64,000 nt of DNA from Gemmatimonadota bacterium. GTDB taxonomy: Bacteria > Gemmatimonadota > Gemmatimonadetes > Longimicrobiales > Gaopeijiaceae. Location: contig JADFRS010000002.1 in the NCBI GenBank assembly GCA_022561145.1, positions 258 to 64,257 on the forward strand, read 5' to 3'. A program made the position numbers and the translations under genes. Below are positions 37,606-46,417 of the stretch, in pieces. How positions within the stretch are numbered: the first letter of the stretch is position 1; the number at the start of each line of letters is the position of its first letter. The notes under the pieces were generated by a model. The model saw only the letters and a program-made list of their open reading frames with translations, was not told where the DNA came from and did no database searches.

Positions 37606-39222
37606 ATGACGCTCATGGCGGGCATCCTTGTGGGCGTTCTTGTCGTGTGGGAAGATGCGGCACCATCGACCACGCGCATCACGACCCTGATGTTCCTGAC
37701 AGCCCTCGGCGTGACAGCGCTCTCGCTGTGGCATACGCATTTCCGTGATCGCGAGGCGGGGCAGAACTTCCTCTACGGTCACGTGATCTTCGACGTGTTG
37801 TTGGTCACTACGATTATCTACGTGACAACGCCGTTGGCTACGGGCGACCCGGGATTTGTGCCCCTGTACATTCTCGTGATCACGGAGGGCGCGCTCCTAT
37901 TACCGCTACCGGGAGGTGTTCTGATCGGCGCGTTGGCGTCCATCATGTACTTCGCCGGAATCGTGTATGGGGATACGGAGGGTCTCACCGGTACAGTTCC
38001 GCTACAGATCGGTCTGTTCACCGTCGTCGCCCTCTTGACCGGATGGCTCGGCGATCGCCTACAACGCGCAGGTGTCGCGCTCGGTGCTGTACGCTCTGAG
38101 CTTCAACGGTTGCGGCTCGACACGGGAGACATTCTGGCGAGCATCAGCACCGGTGTGCTCACCATCGATGGCGGTGGGCGCCTGGTGTATATGAACAGAG
38201 CCGCGGAGGATCTGCTTCAGATCAGCCGCCGGAAGTGGGACGGGCTGCCCGTGCTGGAGGCGGTCGAGGTGGTGGCTCCGGGGTTGGGGACCGTACTGCG
38301 CCGGACCATGGAAGAACGCAGGCCGATGGCGCGCTTCAAGACGGTGGCCACGGGCGAAGGCGGCGATGTCACGCTCGGGATCAGCACGACTGTGCTGGAC
38401 CGGGCCGAGGAGCGCGATGAGCCCCCGTCTGTGACCGCGATCTTCCAGGACATCACCGACCTGGAGCGGCTCGATATCCTCAGTAGGCGGACCGAGCGAC
38501 TCGAAGCCCTCACGGAGCTCAGCGCTTCCCTGGCGCACGAGATCAAGAATCCGCTCGCCTCGATTCGGAGCGCTGTGGAACAGATAGGCAATCCGACGCT
38601 GTCGCGGAGCGACCAGCAGCTTCTCCAGAAGTTGGTGGTGGGAGAGTCCGAGCGACTGAGCCGGCTGCTTTCGGAGTTCCTCGAGTTCTCGGCCCTGCGC
38701 ATCAACTCGAAGGCCAATCTGGATCTGACCAGGCTCGTGTGTGACAGCATCGCGCTGGTGCGGCAGCATCCGGACGCGGGCAGCGGTGTCGAGATTCAGA
38801 CCGACGGCGTGGCCGAGGGGGTCTTCGTGTCGGGAGACGCCGACCTATTGCATCGCCTGATTTTCAACCTCGTCTTGAACGCTGTCCAGTTCGCGGGCGA
38901 GAACGGGCGTGTCGTGGTCGAGGTGGAGGACTGCTCCGGAGCTTGGCGGCCGCGCGGCACCGATGTCGCCAACCCGGTCCGGGTGAGCGTTCGCGACAAC
39001 GGTCCGGGCATCGCACCGGACGCGGAGGCCAGAATCTTCGATCCGTTCTTCACGACGCGGCCGGGAGGAAACGGGTTGGGCCTCTCGGTGGTTCACCGGG
39101 CGGTCGAGGCTCACGGTGGAGCGCTGTTCGTGGAAAAGGCTCCTGAGGGCGGCGCGCACTTTGTCGTTTACCTGCCGGGTGATCCGGCTCTCACGAGCCG
39201 GCATGAGAGCGTGGTCACGTGA
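37606..39222 (+). CDS. pilS: PilS-like polytopic sensor histidine kinase (multi-TM, PAS, HisKA, HATPase_c)
   Basis: 538 aa. About 5-6 N-terminal TM helices are followed by a PAS-like region (ILASISTGVLTIDGGGRLVYMNRAAEDLL). The H-box is LAHEIKNPLASIRS. The N box is NLVLNAVQF, and the G boxes are RDNGPGI and GNGLGLSVV. No ATG, GTG or TTG lies upstream in frame after the stop at 37495. Confidence 0.8.
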   Translation: MTLMAGILVGVLVVWEDAAPSTTRITTLMFLTALGVTALSLWHTHFRDREAGQNFLYGHVIFDVLLVTTIIYVTTPLATGDPGFVPLYILVITEGALLLPLPGGVLIGALASIMYFAGIVYGDTEGLTGTVPLQIGLFTVVALLTGWLGDRLQRAGVALGAVRSELQRLRLDTGDILASISTGVLTIDGGGRLVYMNRAAEDLLQISRRKWDGLPVLEAVEVVAPGLGTVLRRTMEERRPMARFKTVATGEGGDVTLGISTTVLDRAEERDEPPSVTAIFQDITDLERLDILSRRTERLEALTELSASLAHEIKNPLASIRSAVEQIGNPTLSRSDQQLLQKLVVGESERLSRLLSEFLEFSALRINSKANLDLTRLVCDSIALVRQHPDAGSGVEIQTDGVAEGVFVSGDADLLHRLIFNLVLNAVQFAGENGRVVVEVEDCSGAWRPRGTDVANPVRVSVRDNGPGIAPDAEARIFDPFFTTRPGGNGLGLSVVHRAVEAHGGALFVEKAPEGGAHFVVYLPGDPALTSRHESVVT

Positions 39223-40592
39223 GCGCCGACGCCGTCAAGATTCTGCTCGTCGACGACGAGACCGGCATCTTGGACTCGCTCAGAATCCTGTTCAAGGGCG
39301 AAGGCTACGATGTGCACTTGGCCAAAAGCGGCAAGGAGGCGTTGGAGTGCCTTTCTGACGTGGGTCCGGACATCGTCCTCACGGACATCCGTATGCCCGG
39401 CGCCAGCGGGTTGGACGTGCTCGCCGCGGCGCGTGAGTTCGATCCGGCGATGGCAGTGATCCTCATGACGGCGCAAGCTTCGCTCCAGTCGGCGGTGCGT
39501 GCCGTCAACGAGGGCGCGTACTACTACCTGCAAAAGCCCTTCGCGAATGACGAACTGCTGGCCATCTGCCGGCGCGCCGCCGAGGCACGCCAGCTCAAGG
39601 TGGAGAACAAGGCCCTCAAGAAGGAGATTCGCCGTCAGCGGCGGGGCACGGAGGTACGGCCCATCGGAAAGAGTCGCACGTTCGTCGAGGTTCTGAAGCT
39701 TGCCGAGATGGTGGCCCCCACCGACTCGACCGTGCTCCTCACCGGGGAGAGTGGAACGGGCAAGGAGGTTGTGGCCCGCTACATCCACGACCTCTCCGAC
39801 CGGGCGGATCGCAGGTTCCTTTCAATCAACTGCGGCGCGTTGCCGGAAGGCCTGCTCGAGAGTGAACTCTTCGGCCACACCAAGGGCTCCTTTACGGGAG
39901 CCATCAAGGACAAGGATGGACTCCTGGTCGCGGCTGCCAGGGGCACGTTCTTCCTGGACGAGATCGCGGAGATGAGTCCCGCCACGCAAGTGAAGCTCCT
40001 TCGGGCGCTGCAAGAGCGTGAGGTCATCCCTGTGGGCGCCACTGAGGTGGTGCCGATAGACGTGCGTTTCATCGCGGCCACGAACCGTGACCTCGAGGAA
40101 GAGATTCGCCGGGGTGCGTTTCGTAGCGACCTGTACTACCGACTGAATGTGATCGCACTCCACCTGCCGCCGTTACGGGACCGTCGGGAAGACATTCCGT
40201 TGCTCGTGCAGAACTTCCTCAAGCGGTTGCCAGCGAACGGTGGCGACCGGGCGATCGAGCCGTGCTCGCCCGAGACCCTGGAGGTGTTGGCTGCGTATGA
40301 CTGGCCCGGTAACGTGCGCGAGTTGGAGAACGCCCTCGAACGGGCCGCCATCATGACGAAGAACGGTGTAATCGAACCGGCGCACCTGCCAGAGCGGGTC
40401 AAAGAGGCGCCCGCGATGCCCCTGGTCCATGAACAGTCCCCCGCGAATCCCTCCATGGAGGTGATCGAGCGGGCCTATATCCAGTGGGTGCTCAACGCCG
40501 AGGCTGGTAACAAGACCCGGGCCGCCGAGGTGCTGGGGATCGATCCCTCGACGTTGTACCGCAAGCTGAACCGCTACGACATCCATGAGTGA
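39219..40592 (+). CDS. pilR: PilR-like sigma-54-dependent response regulator (receiver, AAA+, Fis-type HTH)
   Basis: GTG start overlapping the pilS stop (GTGA). Receiver domain (ILLVDDETGI...VLTDIRMPG). AAA+ domain with Walker A (GESGTGKEV) and GAFRSDLYYRLNV; an ESELFGH motif stands at the GAFTGA region (FGHTKGSFTGA). The C-terminal HTH is AAEVLGIDPSTLYRKL. Confidence 0.85.
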   Translation: MSADAVKILLVDDETGILDSLRILFKGEGYDVHLAKSGKEALECLSDVGPDIVLTDIRMPGASGLDVLAAAREFDPAMAVILMTAQASLQSAVRAVNEGAYYYLQKPFANDELLAICRRAAEARQLKVENKALKKEIRRQRRGTEVRPIGKSRTFVEVLKLAEMVAPTDSTVLLTGESGTGKEVVARYIHDLSDRADRRFLSINCGALPEGLLESELFGHTKGSFTGAIKDKDGLLVAAARGTFFLDEIAEMSPATQVKLLRALQEREVIPVGATEVVPIDVRFIAATNRDLEEEIRRGAFRSDLYYRLNVIALHLPPLRDRREDIPLLVQNFLKRLPANGGDRAIEPCSPETLEVLAAYDWPGNVRELENALERAAIMTKNGVIEPAHLPERVKEAPAMPLVHEQSPANPSMEVIERAYIQWVLNAEAGNKTRAAEVLGIDPSTLYRKLNRYDIHE

Positions 40593-40622
40593 CGGGGTCA
40601 AAGACAGAAAGCGTGCCAACCG

Positions 40623-41516
40623 ATGAGTGTGCCAGATCTTCGCAGGATGCTCGAGAGGGCGGACAACGACAACCTACCCTGGGATCGTGTGAAGCTCTCG
40701 GTGGTGATCCCGGCATACAACGAGTGCGAGACCGTCGAGGCGTTGCTCAAGCGTGTACGGGAGGTGCCCCTCGATCTGGAAATCATCGTGGTCGACGATG
40801 GCTCGACCGATGGTACCCGTGACCTGCTCACGAACCTCGAGGGTGAGGGACTGATCGACGTGCTCGTATTCCAGGAGGTCAACCAAGGCAAGGGTGCCGC
40901 GCTCCGCGCCGGGTTCGCAAGGGCCTCCGGTGACATCATCGCGATCCAGGACGCCGACTTGGAGTACGATCCGCACGAGTTGCCGATCCTGATGGCGCCC
41001 ATCCTTGCAGGAAGGGCCGATGCCGTGTACGGCTCCCGCTTCCTGGGCGGGCCTCACCGCGTCCTGTTCTTCTGGCACTCCATCGGCAATCGGTTCCTCA
41101 CGCTCTTGAGCAACATGTGTACCGACATCAACCTGACGGACATGGAAACCTGCTATAAGGTCATCACCGCCGACCTGCTCAAGAGCCTACCGCTGAGCGC
41201 CAACCGGTTCGGATTCGAGCCCGAGGTCACGGCGAGGCTCGCGCAGGCCGGCGCGCGCATCTACGAATTGCCTATCAGCTATCACGGCAGATCGTACGCC
41301 GAAGGCAAGAAGATCAACTGGAAGGATGGCGTGGCGGCCATCTGGTACGTTCTGGCTTCCAACTTGGGGATCACCCGGGCCCGGCCCTGGCGCGCGCCGG
41401 AGGTGCAACCGTGGAGCCGTGCGCGTCTGGAGCAGTCGGATCCGCCCAAGTTGGGTCCGGCGCCTGCCGTGGAAGACGCTTCGTCGCCGGTGCACGAGGG
41501 GTCCGGAGGCGGTTGA
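40623..41516 (+). CDS. Family-2 glycosyltransferase, Dpm1/GtrB/ArnC-like (polyprenyl-phosphate sugar synthase type)
   Basis: LSVVIPAYNECETVEALL, EIIVVDDGSTDGT, GKGAALRAGF, the DxD motif QDADLEYDP, and YGSRF. It is soluble and about 297 aa. It starts 30 nt after pilR. Confidence 0.85.
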   Translation: MSVPDLRRMLERADNDNLPWDRVKLSVVIPAYNECETVEALLKRVREVPLDLEIIVVDDGSTDGTRDLLTNLEGEGLIDVLVFQEVNQGKGAALRAGFARASGDIIAIQDADLEYDPHELPILMAPILAGRADAVYGSRFLGGPHRVLFFWHSIGNRFLTLLSNMCTDINLTDMETCYKVITADLLKSLPLSANRFGFEPEVTARLAQAGARIYELPISYHGRSYAEGKKINWKDGVAAIWYVLASNLGITRARPWRAPEVQPWSRARLEQSDPPKLGPAPAVEDASSPVHEGSGGG

Positions 41517-41535
41517 CCCCGAGCACGTGGCCTCA

Positions 41536-43377
41536 ATGACGTTCGGAGAGGCGCCGCCCCCCGGCAGGGCGGGCGCCCTCGTGGTACTTCTGGCCCTCTC
41601 GGCGTACGGGAACTCCCTCGGAAACGGCTTCGCGTTCGACGACGTACTCATCATCGAGGACAATCCCGTCGTCACCGAGACGGACATCGGCGCGGCCGTG
41701 GCGACGCCGTACTGGCCCATGGCCGTCGAAGGCACCGGACTCTATCGACCGGTTACCGTGGCCAGCTATGCGGCCGAGTGGGAGGTGTTCGGGGGCGACA
41801 CGCGGGGCTTTCACGCGATCAGCATCGTTTCGCACGGCATCGCCAGCTTGCTCGTGTTCATGCTGCTCCTCGAGTTCTTCTCCACCGGTGGTGCGCTGGC
41901 GGGTGCCTCGATTTTTGCCGTGCACCCTGTCCACACGGAGGCGGTCGCCAACGTGGTCGGGCGTGCCGAGCTCTACACGGCCATTTTCTACCTCGCGGCC
42001 TGCCTGCTGTTTTGGCGCGGGGCTCGGTGGCGCGGCGGTGGCCGCCGCGCAGCGCGCCTGCTGGGGGTTGCACTCCTGTATGCGCTGGCGCTGGGCTCGA
42101 AGGAGATGGGTGTTACGCTGCCCGGCGTACTGATCCTTCTGACCCTCTTCAGGGCAGACGGGAGCCCTCTCCTCAGGCGGTTGGTGGATGAGTTGCCGCT
42201 TTTGGCGCTCACGACGGCGGTGCTCGCGGCGTATCTGGGCGTGCGCTTCCTGGTGCTCGGGTCCGTTGGCGGTGAAATTCCAGCGGCCGTGTGGGCGGGC
42301 CTGACCACGGGCGAGCGGCTCCTCACTGCCCTATCGATGTGGAGTGAATACGCCCGTCTCACGTTCTTTCCCCTGGTGCTCGCGGTCGACTACGCGCCTG
42401 GCGTGCTCTACCCGGCGGCGACATTCGATGCCGAGGTCTTTGGCGGTGTACTTAATCTGGTGGCGCTCATCGTCGGAGTCGCAGTGTTGGTTAGGGCACG
42501 GCCGTTCATTGCGCTGGGTATCCTGTGGTTCATGGTGACGATCCTCCCGGTCTCGAACCTCCTCTTCGCGACGGGGACCCTGTTGGCCGAACGCACGCTC
42601 TATCTTCCCTCCGTTGGCCTCTCGCTGGCCGTCGCTGGTGCGACGGTGGCCATCGCTGAACGGGGGAGGATGCCTCGCATGCTGGGCCTGGTTGTGATCC
42701 TGTTCGTCGGAACTGCGTTCCTTGTCCGCACGGTCCTGCGCAATCCAACCTGGCTGAGCACCTTCACCATCATGGAGACCCTGGCCCGGGACCACCCGAA
42801 CTCTCACCTCGCGCTCCGGGCACGGGCCGACGGTCTCGTACGCACGGGTGACTCTGATGCGGCCGCCGAAGTCTACGAGGTAGCGCTGGAATTGGCGCCG
42901 TTCAACTATCCGTTGTTGGTGGCGGTGGCGGACTTCTACGGCGATCGTGAGCAATGGGAGCGGGCGGAAACGTTGTTGGTAAAGGGGTTCCAGGCGCATC
43001 CGCGCCAGATGGCGGCTTGGCAACTGTTGGCCCGCCACCTCATCCTCCAGAGGCGGGGCCGCGAGGCCCATTCCGTCGCATTACGGGGACTGGAGCGGGC
43101 AGGCCACGATCGGGAGCTTTGGGCCCTCGTGTCCGAGAGCTACGTGTTGAAGCGCGACCTTCCGGCTGCGATTCGTGCGCGAGAGGCCGCTTTGGCCGTG
43201 GACCCCGAGTCATCGCACGATTGGGGTAGGCTGGCGGAGTTGTTGGAGGCCGACGGGCAGCCGGACGCCGCCGCGGAGGCACGTGCGCGCGCCTCCAGCA
43301 CGGGCGCTGCGCCGGAGGCTGAGCCTTCGGTCGGGGCTGCCCTGGGCGGGGCGAGACAGCATAGGACTACCGCTTGA
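41536..43377 (+). CDS. Polytopic GT-C-like membrane protein with a C-terminal TPR domain (TMTC/DUF1736/PMT-like), paralogue 1
   Basis: ORF 41326..43377 with the ATG at 41536, 19 nt after the GT2 stop. YGNSLGNGFAFDDVLIIEDNPVV lies in the first loop, followed by LYRPVTVASY and about 10 or more TM helices. The C-terminal ~200 aa are TPR-like (AAEVYEVALELAPFNYP..., AWQLLARHLILQRRGREA...). Confidence 0.7.
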   Translation: MTFGEAPPPGRAGALVVLLALSAYGNSLGNGFAFDDVLIIEDNPVVTETDIGAAVATPYWPMAVEGTGLYRPVTVASYAAEWEVFGGDTRGFHAISIVSHGIASLLVFMLLLEFFSTGGALAGASIFAVHPVHTEAVANVVGRAELYTAIFYLAACLLFWRGARWRGGGRRAARLLGVALLYALALGSKEMGVTLPGVLILLTLFRADGSPLLRRLVDELPLLALTTAVLAAYLGVRFLVLGSVGGEIPAAVWAGLTTGERLLTALSMWSEYARLTFFPLVLAVDYAPGVLYPAATFDAEVFGGVLNLVALIVGVAVLVRARPFIALGILWFMVTILPVSNLLFATGTLLAERTLYLPSVGLSLAVAGATVAIAERGRMPRMLGLVVILFVGTAFLVRTVLRNPTWLSTFTIMETLARDHPNSHLALRARADGLVRTGDSDAAAEVYEVALELAPFNYPLLVAVADFYGDREQWERAETLLVKGFQAHPRQMAAWQLLARHLILQRRGREAHSVALRGLERAGHDRELWALVSESYVLKRDLPAAIRAREAALAVDPESSHDWGRLAELLEADGQPDAAAEARARASSTGAAPEAEPSVGAALGGARQHRTTA

Positions 43378-45245
43378 TAATCCCGGACCATTGGCCGTCG
43401 CCGTTCCGCTCCCTCCGTGTTGCCTTGGCCGTTGTGGGCGTCCTGGCCGCCGCCGTGCACGTCAACACATTGTTGAACGACTTCGCGTACGACGATCGGC
43501 CGATCATCGTCGACAACGAGGACCTCCACGCCCTCGAGACGCTCCCGGGCACGCTGGTGGAGCCGTATTGGCCGAACGAGTACGGCCGCGAATTGGGACT
43601 TTGGAGGCCGGTCACAACGGCCCTCTTCGGGCTGCAGTGGGTGGTTTGGGGAGAGCGGCCGATGCCGTTCCACCTCCTCAACGTGCTTCTGCACGTGGCG
43701 GTGACGATGCTCGGCGTGGTGGTCCTCGCCGAATTGGTTCCGCTGGGCACGGCGTTCGTGGCGGGCGTGATCTTCGCGGTACATCCTGTTCACGTCGAGG
43801 CCGTGGCCAACGTCGTGGGTCTGGCGGAGGTGTTCTCGACTCTGGTCTTCCTCTTGGCATGCTTGGTGTTCTTGCGGGCGCGGGACACTCTGGGTGCGAG
43901 GGACACCCTCGTGATCCTCGCCCTCTTCGCTCTCGCCTTTCTCACGAAGGAGAGCGCGGTCACGCTGCCCGGGGTGTTGTTTCTGCTGGATGTGGTGCGC
44001 CGTAACCACTCGGCTGCCCGGGCGCTGTCTTATTTCCGCTCGCGGGCAGCGCTCTACGGTGGCATGGTCTTGATCGCCGGGCTCGTCCTCTACGGTCGCC
44101 TTTTGGTCCTGGGCAGTGTCGCGAATCCATTCGGTCCCCTCGGAGCGGCGCTCCTCGAACATCGTGTACCGCGCATCTGGACGGTAGCCTCGACGTGGCC
44201 GCATTACTTCCGGCTGCTTTTCTTCCCGGCTGACCTCAGCGTCGACTATTCACCCGGCGTGATTCCTCTCGCGTACGGTTGGGACGCGAGTAACCTGTTG
44301 GGAGCCGGACTCGTCTTCAGTACGTTGGCCATCGCACTTGCGCTCGCCCGGCAACCCACGCTATCCCCCGACCGGTCCACCGCCCGCACGCTCACGTTCG
44401 GCATCCTGTGGTTCGTGATCACGATCTCGCCGGTGTCCAACGTCCTCTTCCTGTCCGGCGTCTTGCTGGCCGAGCGGACGTTCTACCTACCGTCTCTCGG
44501 TTTCGCCGTGGCGGTGGCATGGACGGCTCGGGCGCTGTATCGGGACCGGCCCCGGATTGCCACCGCGGGTGTCGTGGTGGCCGTGATCCTCATGGGCGGG
44601 CGCACCTTCACGCGCAACGCGGCCTGGCGTGACAACATCACGGTGTTCAACACTCTGCTCACCGAGCATCCCGAGTCGGGGAGGGCACAGTGGCTGTTGG
44701 GTGACGCCAACTTCATCGTGGGCGACACGGTGACGGCCATGAAGGCGTACAGCGCGGCGATCAGCATACTGAATGGAGCCTATCCGCTGTTGGTCGAAGT
44801 GGGGCGCAGGTTGGTGAACTCCGGCGACATAAGGACGGCAACCGTCCTCCTGGAACAGGCCTGGCGAGACCGGCCGACCCGGGGGGTTGCGCCCAAGCTC
44901 CTGGCTCAGATCTATCTGGACCAGGGGCGGTTCGAGGAGGCCGAACGGGCCGCTCGCGTGGCTGTCGAGTTCTCGGAAGGTCAGGACGGGGTCTCCAACC
45001 ACCTCCTGGCCGAGGCGCTGGCGGCGCTCGAGCGCTGGCCAGAGTATGTCGAAGCGCGCATCAAGACCATCGAGTCCGGGGAGGGGGAGCACTGGATGCA
45101 GTGGGTTTGGCTCGCGGTGGGCCACGCAGCCGCCGGCGACACGGCGCAGGCCCTGATCGCGCTGGATACGGCACGCACGCGTGAGGTTCCGGAGGTAGGA
45201 ATGCGCCAAATTGACAGCCTCGGGGCCTCATACCGCGGGCGTTGA
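43374..45245 (+). CDS. Polytopic GT-C-like membrane protein with a C-terminal TPR domain (TMTC/DUF1736/PMT-like), paralogue 2
   Basis: TTG start at 43374 overlapping the upstream stop (TTGA). HVNTLLNDFAYDDRPIIVDNEDL and LWRPVTTALF are followed by a multi-TM core collinear with paralogue 1 (both contain FAVHPVHTEAVANVVGRAE / FAVHPVHVEAVANVVGLAE and LLAERTLYLPS / LLAERTFYLPS). The C-terminus is TPR-like. Confidence 0.7.
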   Translation: MIIPDHWPSPFRSLRVALAVVGVLAAAVHVNTLLNDFAYDDRPIIVDNEDLHALETLPGTLVEPYWPNEYGRELGLWRPVTTALFGLQWVVWGERPMPFHLLNVLLHVAVTMLGVVVLAELVPLGTAFVAGVIFAVHPVHVEAVANVVGLAEVFSTLVFLLACLVFLRARDTLGARDTLVILALFALAFLTKESAVTLPGVLFLLDVVRRNHSAARALSYFRSRAALYGGMVLIAGLVLYGRLLVLGSVANPFGPLGAALLEHRVPRIWTVASTWPHYFRLLFFPADLSVDYSPGVIPLAYGWDASNLLGAGLVFSTLAIALALARQPTLSPDRSTARTLTFGILWFVITISPVSNVLFLSGVLLAERTFYLPSLGFAVAVAWTARALYRDRPRIATAGVVVAVILMGGRTFTRNAAWRDNITVFNTLLTEHPESGRAQWLLGDANFIVGDTVTAMKAYSAAISILNGAYPLLVEVGRRLVNSGDIRTATVLLEQAWRDRPTRGVAPKLLAQIYLDQGRFEEAERAARVAVEFSEGQDGVSNHLLAEALAALERWPEYVEARIKTIESGEGEHWMQWVWLAVGHAAAGDTAQALIALDTARTREVPEVGMRQIDSLGASYRGR

Positions 45246-45255
45246 AAAATGCGAG

Positions 45256-45271
45256 TGGATTGCATAATCCA
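45256..45271. promoter_or_regulatory. Inverted repeat TGGATT-GCAT-AATCCA, a candidate enhancer-binding-protein (PilR-type) site upstream of the pilin promoter
   Basis: Perfect 6-bp arms with a 4-bp spacer. It lies about 95-110 nt upstream of the sigma-54-like promoter at 45364, which is a typical UAS distance. I found no second copy and know of no binding motif for this lineage. Confidence 0.3.
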
Positions 45272-45363
45272 AGAGTCATGAGGTCTAGCCAGGCTGTGAG
45301 TAACGCGCCCATGACCAAGCTAACTGAGTGCAGCACATAGAGTTAACGAGATTCTTGACGGTT

Positions 45364-45379
45364 TGGACCTAAGCTTGCA
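45364..45379 (+). promoter_or_regulatory. Sigma-54 (-24/-12) promoter candidate for the major pilin gene
   Basis: TGGACCTAAGCTTGCA against the consensus TGGCAC-N5-TTGCW. The invariant GG and GC are present with exact spacing. It lies about 57 nt upstream of the pilA ATG in a locally AT-richer region, and two NtrC-type activators are encoded on either side. Confidence 0.6.
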
Positions 45380-45435
45380 CTTTTCCACTAGTGTTTGGGC
45401 GTCCCAGTGCATTCACACCAGCAGGAGATACAAAG

Positions 45436-45828
45436 ATGCGGGACAAGAAGGGTTTTACTCTTATTGAGTTGCTGATCGTGGTGGTGATTATCGGAATCCT
45501 GGCGGCCATCGCCATTCCGAAGTTCTCCGCTACGCGTGAGAAGGCGTATTTCGCGGCGATGAAGTCCGATCTCAAGAACCTGGCTAGCCAGCAGGAGATC
45601 TATTACTCGGACACGTACGCCTACACCTCCAGCACCGCGCTGCTCACGTTCGTAACCTCGCAGGGCGTGGTCGCCGCCATTACAGCTGGAACGGATGGCT
45701 GGTCGGCTTCGGTGACCCACTCCGCTCTGGGCGGGAGCGAAGGCTGCGCGATCTACTACGGCAGTGGAACGGCACCAACAACGCCGGTCAAGCCTACCGC
45801 TGTGGGCGCGATCGCCTGTACTCAGTAG
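45436..45828 (+). CDS. pilA: Type IVa major pilin, copy 1
   Basis: ATG at 45436 preceded by AGGAGA. The prepilin leader is MRDKKG followed by FTLIELLIVVVIIGILAAIAIPKF, with Glu at +5. Two C-terminal Cys residues (EGCAIYY...IACTQ) indicate a disulfide-bonded D-region. 130 aa. Confidence 0.95.
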   Translation: MRDKKGFTLIELLIVVVIIGILAAIAIPKFSATREKAYFAAMKSDLKNLASQQEIYYSDTYAYTSSTALLTFVTSQGVVAAITAGTDGWSASVTHSALGGSEGCAIYYGSGTAPTTPVKPTAVGAIACTQ

Positions 45829-45872
45829 CAGGATTGCGGACTGGCCTCCGGAATGGAGAATGGTCTTCGAGT

Positions 45873-45901
45873 GGGCGCGGTCCGATCGCTGGGCCGCGCC
45901 C
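45873..45901 (+). terminator. Intercistronic stem-loop between the two pilin genes (possible partial terminator or mRNA-stabilising element)
   Basis: gggcgcggtcc-gatcgct-gggccgcgccc forms an 11-bp stem with one G.U pair. It lies 45 nt after the pilA1 stop. No clear U-tract follows (GCTTAGATT). Confidence 0.4.
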
Positions 45902-45948
45902 GCTTAGATTCTGGACAATCTAGATCAGCCTTTCCGAGGTGGTGCCCT

Positions 45949-46344
45949 ATGGCCGAGAGAAAGAACCGAGGCTTCACCCTGATCGAGTTGTTGATCGTGG
46001 TCGTGATCATCGGGATTCTAGCCTCCATCGCCATTCCGAAGTATTCGTCGGCGCGAGAGAAGGCGTACCTCGCGGCCATGAAGACCGACCTCAAGAACCT
46101 GGCTACCCAGCAGGACATCTACTACGACGCGGCCTACGCGTATGCTACGCAGCTTTCCGATGCCAACCACAGTGCGACCCAGGGTGTGGTGATCATCATC
46201 AACGAGGCGACCGGAACGGGTTGGGCGGGGACGGCCACACACTTCGGTCTGCCGGGCGAGTCGTGCGGTATCTACCACGGCGATGCCGTCCCGTCCGGGG
46301 GCGCTCCGGCGACACAGCACAGCCGCGTGATGTGCAGCATGTAG
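45949..46344 (+). CDS. Type IVa pilin, copy 2 (paralogue with a divergent globular domain)
   Basis: ATG at 45949. The leader is MAERKNRG followed by FTLIELLIVVVIIGILASIAIPKY. 44 of the first 52 mature-region residues are identical to copy 1 by hand alignment, and the C-terminal half is unrelated. Two C-terminal Cys residues are present (ESCGIYH...VMCSM). 131 aa. Confidence 0.95.
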   Translation: MAERKNRGFTLIELLIVVVIIGILASIAIPKYSSAREKAYLAAMKTDLKNLATQQDIYYDAAYAYATQLSDANHSATQGVVIIINEATGTGWAGTATHFGLPGESCGIYHGDAVPSGGAPATQHSRVMCSM

Positions 46345-46417
46345 CGAGGAGGGACCTCCGGGCCGTACGTTCGTTGCGTCGCATTCAGCGGCACCACTAG
46401 AGCGCACTGAACGGTTT

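Noticed and set aside
46388-46403. A sigma-54-like element, cGGCACCACTAGAGCG, upstream of the second histidine kinase.
   Set aside because: The GG-N10-GC spacing is right, but the -12 region (GAGC) is poor. The predicted start site would be about 5 nt from the ATG at 46418, so it is probably a chance match.
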